Source: an uncultured Vampirovibrionales bacterium
Lineage (GTDB): Bacteria > Cyanobacteriota > Vampirovibrionia > Vampirovibrionales > Vampirovibrionaceae
Direction of reading: 5' to 3'
Assembly: GCA_964390635.1 (NCBI GenBank)
Contig: CAYMIG010000004.1
Location: 1,057-65,056 of the forward strand
Length of the DNA stretch: 64,000 nucleotides
Below are positions 56,432 to 64,000 of the stretch, one piece after another. Made by a program: the position numbers and the translations under genes. Under the pieces are notes generated by a model. That model saw only the letters and a list, made by a program, of their open reading frames with translations, did no database searches and was not told where the DNA came from. Within the stretch, counting starts at the first letter, position 1; each line of letters starts with the position of its first letter.

Positions 56432-56845
56432 TTACAGTAGCCCGAAGGTGAGCCCGTGCACCAGGTCGCCGGCGGTGTTGCCAATGCCTTCGAATAGGCC
56501 GCCGACCACGGGGATATTCCCCAATAGCTGGCCGGTGCCTTTCAATAGGCCACTGACGGGCCCGTAGCTTCCATCGCCGCCGCCGCCTTCCCCGCCATGG
56601 CCGGCGTTGGCCGCGGTGGCCATGCCGGCCCGGTAATGTTCCGCCGCCTGACCGGTCACGGGATAAATAAAGTCGTTCAAAAACCCCTGGTTGGCGTTAT
56701 ATCCCCCGTAACCGCCGCCGATGGGTGCAAAGTCCAGCATGTCCTCGGTGGCGTTCTGGTATTCGAACAGGGTGTTCAAATACGGGTTGTTGGTTAGGTT
56801 GTGGTTATGTCGGCCGTCAAAATACGACCCCATCGGATAAACCAT
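56432..56845 (-). CDS. Gly-rich precursor-like protein, copy A (137 aa)
   Basis: GGGGGA RBS; N-terminal block near-identical to copy B; Gly linker and amphipathic C-terminus. Confidence 0.75.
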   Translation of the reverse strand: MVYPMGSYFDGRHNHNLTNNPYLNTLFEYQNATEDMLDFAPIGGGYGGYNANQGFLNDFIYPVTGQAAEHYRAGMATAANAGHGGEGGGGDGSYGPVSGLLKGTGQLLGNIPVVGGLFEGIGNTAGDLVHGLTFGLL

Positions 56846-56905
56846 ATCCGTTGTCCCCCATTGCGTCGGTTGTGCCTGTCCCCCGAGGGAGAATATCCCC
56901 CACAG

Positions 56906-56940
56906 GCATAAAAACAACAATGGGGATTTTGTTGCTAGCC
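56906..56940 (-). promoter_or_regulatory. Conserved upstream element of copy A
   Basis: 28 of 35 positions identical, ungapped, to 57467-57501. Confidence 0.6.
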
Positions 56941-56944
56941 GATT

Positions 56945-57412
56945 TTAGAAGATGCTGCTCAGCAGGTTGCCGGCGCCTTCCACCAGCCCGCCCACCAGGT
57001 TACCGGGGGCTTCCACGATATCGGCCACAAAGCCCAGGCCCAGCATGCGGAACGGGGCTCCCACAATCTGCCCGGGTAGCTTCACGATGCCGCCCAGGGT
57101 ATTGCCGATGAAGCTCAACAAGCCGCCGCCTCCCCCGCCGCCTTCCCCGCCCCCGTGGGCGGTTTCCATGCCGGCCCGGTACTCCCCGGCGGCCCGGTCG
57201 GTGATGGGGTAGAGAAAGTCGTTCAGAAATGCCTGGTTGGCGTTGTAGCCGCCGCCGATGGGCGCAAAGTCCAGCATGTCCTCGGTGGCGTTCTGGTATT
57301 CAAACAAGGTATTCAAATACGGGTTGTTGGTCAGGTTGTGGTTATGTCGACCGTCAAAATACGGACCCGGAAAGCCATTCGCGCCCGGATGCCGTGGCAA
57401 CGGATATGCCAT
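56945..57412 (-). CDS. Gly-rich precursor-like protein, copy B (155 aa)
   Basis: Shares YFDGRHNHNLTNNPYLNTLFEYQNATEDMLDFAPIGGGY with copy A; divergent hydrophobic C-terminus. Confidence 0.75.
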   Translation of the reverse strand: MAYPLPRHPGANGFPGPYFDGRHNHNLTNNPYLNTLFEYQNATEDMLDFAPIGGGYNANQAFLNDFLYPITDRAAGEYRAGMETAHGGGEGGGGGGGLLSFIGNTLGGIVKLPGQIVGAPFRMLGLGFVADIVEAPGNLVGGLVEGAGNLLSSIF

Positions 57413-57466
57413 GCTGCTGTCCCCCATTGCGTCGTTGAAAATGCTCTGCCCAAAAAGCTCTCAAAC

Positions 57467-57501
57467 GCATGAAAACCATGTGGGGGATTTTTTTGCTAGC
57501 C
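57467..57501 (-). promoter_or_regulatory. Conserved upstream element of copy B
   Basis: Duplicate of 56906-56940. Confidence 0.6.
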
Positions 57502-57504
57502 CCC

Positions 57505-57531
57505 TCAAGGAACGTCCATTTCGGTCGATAG
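57505..57531 (+). promoter_or_regulatory. Candidate sigma-28 promoter for the TPR-aspartyl protease gene
   Basis: TCAA-N15-GTCGATAG. Confidence 0.5.
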
Positions 57532-57572
57532 GTAGGCAGAATAGGATGTTCCGAACTGCCGAAAGGAATGGA

Positions 57573-58409
57573 ATGCGTTTGACCGCTGCCGGAAACCGCC
57601 TGTTGTGCGCGGTGCTGACGATGGGACTGTGCACCACCATGGCGCTGCCGGCACGGGCCGAGGCCGACCTGGCCGCCCAGGCGGTGCAAAGCTACAACAA
57701 GGCGGTCAAGGCCTATCGGCAGGGAGACTTTGAGCGGGCCGTCAATTATCTCAAGCGCACCCTGGTGACGGATCCCCAGAACACCAATGCCCGTTATTAC
57801 CTGGCCGTGTGCCTGGACCGGCTGGACCTGGACGGCGAGGCGGTGCCGGAATACCGCTTTGTGGTCAGCCATAGCCGGGATCAGCGCCTGGTCAGTTATG
57901 CCGAAAACCGGCTGAGCCTGTTGCAGCCCTCCTCCCCCAGCATTGAGCCCGCCCCGGCCATGGTGGCCGCCGCCTCCGGCAGCGCCCTGCCCACGGCCAG
58001 CCGCCTTTCCAGCCGCATCGTGGTGCCGCTCAAGAACAACCGCAACGCCCTGATGGTGGACGGCTGGGTGGTGAACGACCGGGCCGGCCAGCGCAGCCAC
58101 GGCACCTTCATCATCGATACCGGGGCCACCTATACCTCCATTTCCCGGGACATGGCCGAAAAACTGGGCCTGGATCTGCAAAATTGCGAACACGTGCGCA
58201 TTACCACCGCCAACGGGCGCATCGATGTGCCCAAGGTGGTGATTGACCGCCTGAGCGTGAATGGCCTGGAGGCCCGCAACGTGGAGGCCACCGTCATTGA
58301 CGTGCGCAAGGGTTCCACCTTCCACGGCCTGCTGGGGCTCAGCTTTATCCGGCAATTCGTGCTGACCATCGATCCGGGCGCCAACCAGCTGATTTTCCAG
58401 AAAAACTAG
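57573..58409 (+). CDS. Secreted TPR protein with a clan AA (retropepsin-like) aspartic protease domain
   Basis: Signal peptide (LPARA), TPR helices, FIIDTGATYT, TANG, GLLGLSF. Confidence 0.9.
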   Translation: MRLTAAGNRLLCAVLTMGLCTTMALPARAEADLAAQAVQSYNKAVKAYRQGDFERAVNYLKRTLVTDPQNTNARYYLAVCLDRLDLDGEAVPEYRFVVSHSRDQRLVSYAENRLSLLQPSSPSIEPAPAMVAAASGSALPTASRLSSRIVVPLKNNRNALMVDGWVVNDRAGQRSHGTFIIDTGATYTSISRDMAEKLGLDLQNCEHVRITTANGRIDVPKVVIDRLSVNGLEARNVEATVIDVRKGSTFHGLLGLSFIRQFVLTIDPGANQLIFQKN

Positions 58410-58496
58410 CGCTGTTTTGCCCGCCCGGGAACCGGGTTGGTGTCTCCCTGCTTTTTCTCTATAATGGGGGCACCCAAAACAGAGGAAGTCTTTGCC

Positions 58497-59723
58497 ATGT
58501 CAGAAGCGGTGTTGGAAAAATCGGATCATGCGGGCGATGCCATGCTCAAGCCCCCGGCCCGGCGCTTAAGCAAACTGCCCACCTATGTGTTTGCCGAACT
58601 GGACGAACTGAAGGAAGCGGCCCGCCAGCGGGGCGCCGATCTCATCGATCTGGGCATGGGCAACCCGGACCGGCCCATCCCGGCCCCCATCGTCAAGGCC
58701 ATCCAGGAAGGCATCGGCAACCCGGCCAACCACGGCTATCCGCTGTTCAAGGGCAAGCAGGCCTTTCGGGAAGCGGTGGTGTCCTGGATGAAGCGCCGTT
58801 ACGGGGTGGATATCAACATTGCCGATGAAATCCAGCCGCTGATTGGCTCCAAAGAGGGCCTGGCCCACCTGACCTTTGCCTACATCGACGAAGGCGACGT
58901 CTCCCTGGTGCCTTCCCCCTACTACCCGGTGCATTCCCGGGCCACCTGGATAGCCAGCGGCCAGGTCCACCACCTGCCCATGACCGCCGAAAACCACTTC
59001 CTGCCCGAGCTGGACAAGATTCCGGACGAGGTGTCCAAGAAGGCCAAGCTGTTTTTCTGCAGCTTTCCCAACAACCCCACCGCGGCCTGCGCCGATCTGG
59101 CCTTTTTCCAAAAGGCCGTGGATTATTGCCGCCAGTGGGGTATCGTGCTGGTCAGCGACCTGGCCTACGGGGAAATCGGCTACGACGGCTACAAGCCCCC
59201 CAGCATCTTCCAGGTGCCCGGGGCCAAGGACGTGGCGGTGGAGTTCCACTCCTTCTCCAAGAGCTTCAACATGGCCGGCTGCCGCATCGGCTTTGCGGTG
59301 GGCAACAAGCAGGTCATCAAGGCCCTCTACTCCCTGAAGACCAACCTGGACTACGGGGTGTCCTCGGCCTTGCAGGACGGGGCCACCTACGCCCTGAACC
59401 ATGCCGAGGAGTTCCTGCCGGAAATCGTGGCCACCTACCAGGCCCGCCGGGATGCGGTGGTGGCGGGCTTCCGCAAGCTGGGCTGGAAAATCGACCAGCC
59501 CCCCAAGGCCACCCTGTACGTGTGGCTGCCCATTCCCAAGCGGTTTGAGGATTCCAAGGCCTGGATCCGCTATGTCATGGATCACGCCGACGTGGTGCTG
59601 ACCCCCGGCATCGCCTTTGGCCAGGAAGGGGATCGCTACTTCCGGGTGTCCCTGGTGTCTCCGGTGGAAACCCTGGAAGCCGCGCTGGCCCGGCTGGAAA
59701 AAGCCGGCATCCGGTACGAATAG
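58497..59723 (+). CDS. dapL: Class I/II PLP aminotransferase, LL-diaminopimelate aminotransferase-like
   Basis: LPTYVFA, IDLGMGNPD, IGSKEG, FPNNPT, DLAY, HSFSKSFNMAGCRIG. Confidence 0.75.
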   Translation: MSEAVLEKSDHAGDAMLKPPARRLSKLPTYVFAELDELKEAARQRGADLIDLGMGNPDRPIPAPIVKAIQEGIGNPANHGYPLFKGKQAFREAVVSWMKRRYGVDINIADEIQPLIGSKEGLAHLTFAYIDEGDVSLVPSPYYPVHSRATWIASGQVHHLPMTAENHFLPELDKIPDEVSKKAKLFFCSFPNNPTAACADLAFFQKAVDYCRQWGIVLVSDLAYGEIGYDGYKPPSIFQVPGAKDVAVEFHSFSKSFNMAGCRIGFAVGNKQVIKALYSLKTNLDYGVSSALQDGATYALNHAEEFLPEIVATYQARRDAVVAGFRKLGWKIDQPPKATLYVWLPIPKRFEDSKAWIRYVMDHADVVLTPGIAFGQEGDRYFRVSLVSPVETLEAALARLEKAGIRYE

Positions 59724-60737
59724 ATGGCAGGCGATTACAGCGGCAAAAGCTACCTGGTGACCGGCGGGGCCGGCTTTATTGGTTCGCACCTGGTGAAGGC
59801 CTTGCTGGACCGGGGGGCCGAGGTAATTGTGGTGGATGAGTTCAACGACTTCTACGATCCGGCCATCAAGGAAGCCAACCTGCAACCCTTTGCCCACCAT
59901 CCCCGCTTCCGGCTGTACCGGCAAGATATCCGGGAATTCATCGGCCTGCGGGACATCTTTGAGGCCCATGGCCATGGCCTGCAGTCGGGGGGCATCGTGC
60001 ATCTGGCGGCCCGGGCCGGGGTGCGGCCCTCCCTGAAGGAGCCCCGCCTGTACCTGGAAACCAACGTGACCGGCACCCTTAACCTGGCCGAGCTGGCCCG
60101 GGAGTTCGGGGTGAAGAAATTCGTGTTTGCCTCCTCCAGCTCGGTGTACGGGGACAGCCCAGAGCGGGTGCCCTTCCGGGAGGATCAGGACATCAGCAAG
60201 CCCATCTCGCCCTATGCCTCCACCAAGGCTATGGGCGAAAGCCTGCTGCACACCTACAGCCACCTGTACGGGCTGCAGGTGGCGGCTCTGCGCTTTTTCA
60301 CGGTGTACGGCCCCGGCCAGCGTCCGGATCTGGCCATCCACAAGTTCACCCGGCTGATCGACGAAGGGCAGCCCATCCCGGTGTTCGGGGACGGCAGCAC
60401 CCGGCGCGATTACACCTACATCGACGACATCATCCAGGGGGTGCTGGGGGCCATCGAGTATGCGGCCACCCCCTACGAGATTTTCAACCTGGGAGAGTCC
60501 CAGACCACCGAATTAAGCACCCTCATCGGCCTGATTGAGCAGGCCTTGGGCAAGCGGGCCCTCATCGATCGCCAGCCCTTGCAGCCGGGCGATGTGTCGG
60601 TGACCTACGCCGACGTTTCCAAGGCCCGCCGCCTGCTGGGGTATAACCCCCAAACCCAGATCCCGGAAGGCATTCCCCGTTTCGTGGAATGGTACCTGCA
60701 CTGGAAAAATTCCGCCCGGGCATTTTCAGCGGTGTAG
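59724..60737 (+). CDS. UDP-glucuronate 4-epimerase-like NAD-dependent epimerase
   Basis: [43 protein letters not shown]. Confidence 0.9.
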   Translation: MAGDYSGKSYLVTGGAGFIGSHLVKALLDRGAEVIVVDEFNDFYDPAIKEANLQPFAHHPRFRLYRQDIREFIGLRDIFEAHGHGLQSGGIVHLAARAGVRPSLKEPRLYLETNVTGTLNLAELAREFGVKKFVFASSSSVYGDSPERVPFREDQDISKPISPYASTKAMGESLLHTYSHLYGLQVAALRFFTVYGPGQRPDLAIHKFTRLIDEGQPIPVFGDGSTRRDYTYIDDIIQGVLGAIEYAATPYEIFNLGESQTTELSTLIGLIEQALGKRALIDRQPLQPGDVSVTYADVSKARRLLGYNPQTQIPEGIPRFVEWYLHWKNSARAFSAV

Positions 60738-60796
60738 GTTCCCGGTATGATAGCGGTACTTCAAAGTTTTCCCCCTAAGTCATTGGAGAGCACAGC

Positions 60797-62167
60797 GTGA
60801 AAGTCTGCGTGGTTGGAACCGGATACGTCGGCCTGGTGGCCGGAACCTGTCTTGCCGAGATGGGTAACGACGTGGTTTGCGTCGACAGCAACGAAAGCAA
60901 GATCCAGGCCCTGAGAGCGGGCCAGGTGCCCATTTACGAGCCCGGCCTGGAGGAGCTGATCACCAGCAACATCCAGGAGAACCGGCTGTCGTTTACCACC
61001 GACCTGCGGGGCGCGGTGCGGGATTCGCTGATTTGCATCATTGCGGTGGGCACCCCGGAAGCGGCGGATGGATCGGCGGATCTCTCCGCGGTATTCGGGG
61101 TGGCGGAAGAAATCGCCGCCGCCATGGACGGCTACCGGGTTATTGTCACCAAGAGCACCGTGCCGGTGGGCACCGCCGAAAAGATTCGCGCCGTGGTGGC
61201 CCGCACCACCCCGCATGAGTTTGCCATCGTCTCCAACCCGGAGTTTTTGAAGCAAGGCGCCGCGGTGGACGACTTCCTGAAACCCGACCGGGTGGTGATC
61301 GGGGCCGACAACCAGCGGGCCTTCGACATCATGCGCGAACTCTACGCCCCCTTTCTGCGTACCGGTAACCCCATCATCAACATGGACATCAAGTCCGCGG
61401 AAATGACCAAGTATGCGGCCAACGCCTTTCTGGCCACCAAGATCTCGTTCATCAACGAAATGGCCACCTTGTGCGAAAAAGTGGGCGCCGACATCGCCCA
61501 GGTGCGCACCGGCATTTCCACCGATACCCGCATTGGGCCCCAGTTCCTGTTTCCGGGGTTGGGTTACGGGGGCTCCTGCTTCCCCAAGGACGTGAAGGCC
61601 CTCATCAAGACCGGGCGGGACAACGGCCACCCCATGCACATTCTGGAGGCCGTGGATCAGCGCAACGACGATCAGCGCCGCCTGTTCCTGGACAAGCTGC
61701 TGGCCTACTTCGAGGGCGATGTGCAGGGCCGCACCTTTGCGGTGTGGGGGCTGGCCTTCAAGCCGCGCACCGATGACCTGCGCGAAGCCCCCAGCCAGAC
61801 CATCATCGAAACCCTGCTGGCCAAAGGGGCCCGCATCCAGGCCTTCGATCCCAAGGCCACCGAGGTGGCCCGCCGTATTTTCGGGGATCGCATCACCTAC
61901 TGCAAGAAGTCCTACGAGGCCCTGGAAGGCGCCGATGCCCTGTTGCTGGTCACCGAGTGGAACGAGTTCCGTCGCCCGGATTTCGACAAGATGAAGCGCC
62001 TGATGAAGCGGCCCCTCATCTTTGACGGGCGCAACCAGTACGAGGTGGAGCGCATGGCCCGCCGCGGCTTCGAGTACTACTCCGTGGGCCGGGAAGCCAT
62101 GCCGCCGGAGGACGGCGAGTCGGACTCATCCCCGGCTCCTGAGCTGCGGGAGCGGGCCGAGGTATGA
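60797..62167 (+). CDS. ugd: UDP-glucose 6-dehydrogenase
   Basis: [39 protein letters not shown]. Confidence 0.96.
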   Translation: MKVCVVGTGYVGLVAGTCLAEMGNDVVCVDSNESKIQALRAGQVPIYEPGLEELITSNIQENRLSFTTDLRGAVRDSLICIIAVGTPEAADGSADLSAVFGVAEEIAAAMDGYRVIVTKSTVPVGTAEKIRAVVARTTPHEFAIVSNPEFLKQGAAVDDFLKPDRVVIGADNQRAFDIMRELYAPFLRTGNPIINMDIKSAEMTKYAANAFLATKISFINEMATLCEKVGADIAQVRTGISTDTRIGPQFLFPGLGYGGSCFPKDVKALIKTGRDNGHPMHILEAVDQRNDDQRRLFLDKLLAYFEGDVQGRTFAVWGLAFKPRTDDLREAPSQTIIETLLAKGARIQAFDPKATEVARRIFGDRITYCKKSYEALEGADALLLVTEWNEFRRPDFDKMKRLMKRPLIFDGRNQYEVERMARRGFEYYSVGREAMPPEDGESDSSPAPELRERAEV

Positions 62168-63132
62168 CAAAGCGGGTGCTGGTCACCGGCGGGGCGGGCT
62201 TTATCGGATCGCACCTGGTGGAACGCCTTCTGGGCCAGGGCTACGAGGTGCTGTGCCTGGACAACTTCTTTACCGGCAGTAAAGACAACATTGTGCACTT
62301 GCTGGATCACAAGTACCTGGAGGTGATCCGGCATGACGTCACCCAGCCCATCCTGCTGGAGGTGGATGAGATCTACAACCTGGCCTGTCCGGCCAGTCCG
62401 GTGCATTACCAGTACAACCCGGTTAAGACGGTCAAAACCAACGTGATGGGCACCATCAACATGCTGGGCATGGCCAAGCGCACCAAGGCCAAAATTTTGC
62501 AGGCCTCCACCTCCGAGGTGTACGGCGATCCCGAGGAGCATCCCCAGACCGAAAGCTATTGGGGGCATGTGAACCCCATCGGCATCCGGTCCTGTTACGA
62601 CGAAGGCAAGCGCCTGGCCGAGACCCTGTGCATGGATTACCACCGGGGCAACGGGGTGCGGGCCAAGATCATCCGCATCTTCAATACCTACGGGCCCCGC
62701 ATGGCCGAAAACGACGGGCGGGTGGTCAGCAATTTCATCGTGCAGGCCCTCCAGGGCCAACCCATCACCGTGTACGGCGACGGCAGCCAAACCCGCTCCT
62801 TCTGCTACGTGGATGACCTGGTGGCGGGGATGATCCGCATGATGGAACGCACCCCGGACGATTACGTGGGCCCGGTGAACCTGGGCAACCCCGGGGAATT
62901 CACCATCCTGGAGCTGGCCCAGAAGGTGATTGGCATGACCGGTTCCGCATCCAAAATTGAGTACAAGCCCCTGCCCTCCGATGATCCCACCCAGCGCCGC
63001 CCGGATATTCGCCTGGCCAAGGAAAAGCTGGATTGGCAACCCGCCGTGGCCCTGGATGAGGGCTTGAAAAAAACCATTGCCTACTTCGAGGAGCGCCTGC
63101 GCCGCGCCGGCACGCTGCCCATCAGGGTTTAG
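62164..63132 (+). CDS. uxs: UDP-glucuronate decarboxylase (UDP-xylose synthase)
   Basis: [39 protein letters not shown]. Confidence 0.95.
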   Translation: MTKRVLVTGGAGFIGSHLVERLLGQGYEVLCLDNFFTGSKDNIVHLLDHKYLEVIRHDVTQPILLEVDEIYNLACPASPVHYQYNPVKTVKTNVMGTINMLGMAKRTKAKILQASTSEVYGDPEEHPQTESYWGHVNPIGIRSCYDEGKRLAETLCMDYHRGNGVRAKIIRIFNTYGPRMAENDGRVVSNFIVQALQGQPITVYGDGSQTRSFCYVDDLVAGMIRMMERTPDDYVGPVNLGNPGEFTILELAQKVIGMTGSASKIEYKPLPSDDPTQRRPDIRLAKEKLDWQPAVALDEGLKKTIAYFEERLRRAGTLPIRV

Positions 63133-63368
63133 ACTACAAATGCTTGAGTCTCCAAATTTGGTAGTAACATTTTCTTAAACTACCGATCTATGTTGTGGAT
63201 TCTCATGGCAAAATCGGATCGCTGTGATAAGCAGTGGTTAAAGTTTGTTTGAATGAGAGAGGTAGAGCCCCCACAAGGAAGGTTGGGAACCTGAAAAGAA
63301 AAAAAGCCGGGCGACAGCCCGACTGAAAATAGTTTAGTTAAAAGAATATTATCATAGGAGGATATGCC

Positions 63369-63647
63369 ATGACTGCATATCAAATTACTTGTATTAAGAA
63401 AAATAATCGGCAGAGTGCCTTCGAACGAATCCAATCAGTTGGCCTAAATGGGGGGAGTCAGAGATATTCGCAGCCTCAAATTGTCCAATGGATTGATAGC
63501 GGTCTCTACCAGTTTTATGTGGTTCAAGGAGGGAGACAAGTGAAAGTTATTACTGCGACCTCCCGGCATGGGCACCGCTATATTAAAACTATGGCTGATG
63601 GAGAAGAACCGAATAACCTTCTCTCTCTACCAGAATGTTATCCTTGA
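63369..63647 (+). CDS. DUF3892-like small protein in an AT-rich insert
   Basis: ITCI.K...ERI, FYV, YIKT.AD...NNLLSLPEC; AGGAGG RBS. Confidence 0.8.
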   Translation: MTAYQITCIKKNNRQSAFERIQSVGLNGGSQRYSQPQIVQWIDSGLYQFYVVQGGRQVKVITATSRHGHRYIKTMADGEEPNNLLSLPECYP

Positions 63648-63664
63648 TAGTTTGAAGGGGGGGG

Positions 63665-64000
63665 CTATAAGCCTCCCCTTGTCCGCCGATCCAGATAATC
63701 TTGCAGGATGCGCACCGCCGAGGCTTGGTCGATAAGCCCCGCCTGGCGATGCCGGGAAGGCTGGATGCCCTGCTCCCGCAAGGTGGCCTCCGCCATCTTG
63801 GACGTCAGCCGCTCGTCGAAATAATCCACCGGCAGCCCCAGGGCGCTTTGCAACTGCTCGCCCAGGGCCCGGGCGGCCATGGCGGCTTCCCCCTCGGTGC
63901 CTTTCAGGTGCAGGGGCAGCCCAATCACCAGGCGGGCCACCCCGTATTGCCGGCAGACCTCGGCGATGGCTGGCACCGGGTCATGCCTGGCATGCGTTTG
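63665..64000 (-). CDS. ruvX: YqgF/RuvX pre-16S rRNA nuclease (partial, 5' end beyond the window)
   Basis: VIGLP, DERLTS, IDQASA..ILQ.YL. Confidence 0.92.
   Translation of the reverse strand, partial: QTHARHDPVPAIAEVCRQYGVARLVIGLPLHLKGTEGEAAMAARALGEQLQSALGLPVDYFDERLTSKMAEATLREQGIQPSRHRQAGLIDQASAVRILQDYLDRRTRGGL

Noticed and set aside
56921-56937. Sigma-54-like GG-N10-GC reading (TGGGGATTTTGTTGCTA) on the plus strand
   Set aside because: It lacks TGGCAC, points away from the gene it is duplicated with, and the minus-strand bipartite reading also explains a third site.
56700-57365. Near-identical ~115-bp repeat considered as a CRISPR or mobile-element repeat
   Set aside because: There are only two copies, both in-frame coding sequence with synonymous differences, so it is a gene duplication.
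309-63039. Many long antisense or alternative-frame ORFs, e.g. 309-1817, 2596-4245, 11717-13297, 20785-22521, 52053-53666 and 58566-60341
   Set aside because: They shadow well-supported genes and have no motifs; this is expected from high GC and codon bias.

Overview
A GC-rich bacterial chromosome segment with no tRNA, rRNA, CRISPR array or transposase that I could see. The gene mix suggests a non-photosynthetic cyanobacterial relative (Vampirovibrionia/Melainabacteria); this is an inference. The supporting signs are cyanobacterial-type ldpA/ycf45, HEAT-repeat and CtpA genes, together with flagellar export genes and a joined complex III-complex IV operon. Most of the window is housekeeping: lptA/B/FG, dnaJ, fliPQR-flhBA, rpsP, nagA, queC, rlmH, ribF, dnaN-recF-dciA with a probable oriC but no adjacent dnaA, kdsA, dprA, polA, nadK, recN, dapL and UDP-sugar genes. 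The most striking element is the 13-gene minus-strand respiratory operon at about 18.0-27.0 kb. It encodes a C-family (cbb3-type) oxidase, a lipoprotein diheme cytochrome c, a Rieske protein and two complementary cytochromes b. One cytochrome b keeps a Qo-like motif and the bL ligands but has lost both bH histidines. The other keeps all four histidines, lacks a PEWY motif, is fused to an HdrA-like 2x[4Fe-4S] domain and is followed by an MvhD [2Fe-2S] gene. This suggests an asymmetric heterodimeric bc complex wired to a cytoplasmic Fe-S chain. Other notable items are three micro-ORFs missing from the ORF track, an FNR/CRP-like box at -41.5, and a pair of secreted half-TolC-like paralogs. There is also a duplicated conserved-leader/variable-tail precursor pair next to a secreted aspartyl protease, a shared bipartite promoter motif, sigma-28 promoters on non-flagellar genes, a CDF-CBS-CorC fusion and a Mo-enzyme homolog lacking its Mo-ligand Cys. 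All family calls come from motif recognition by eye; no searches were run.
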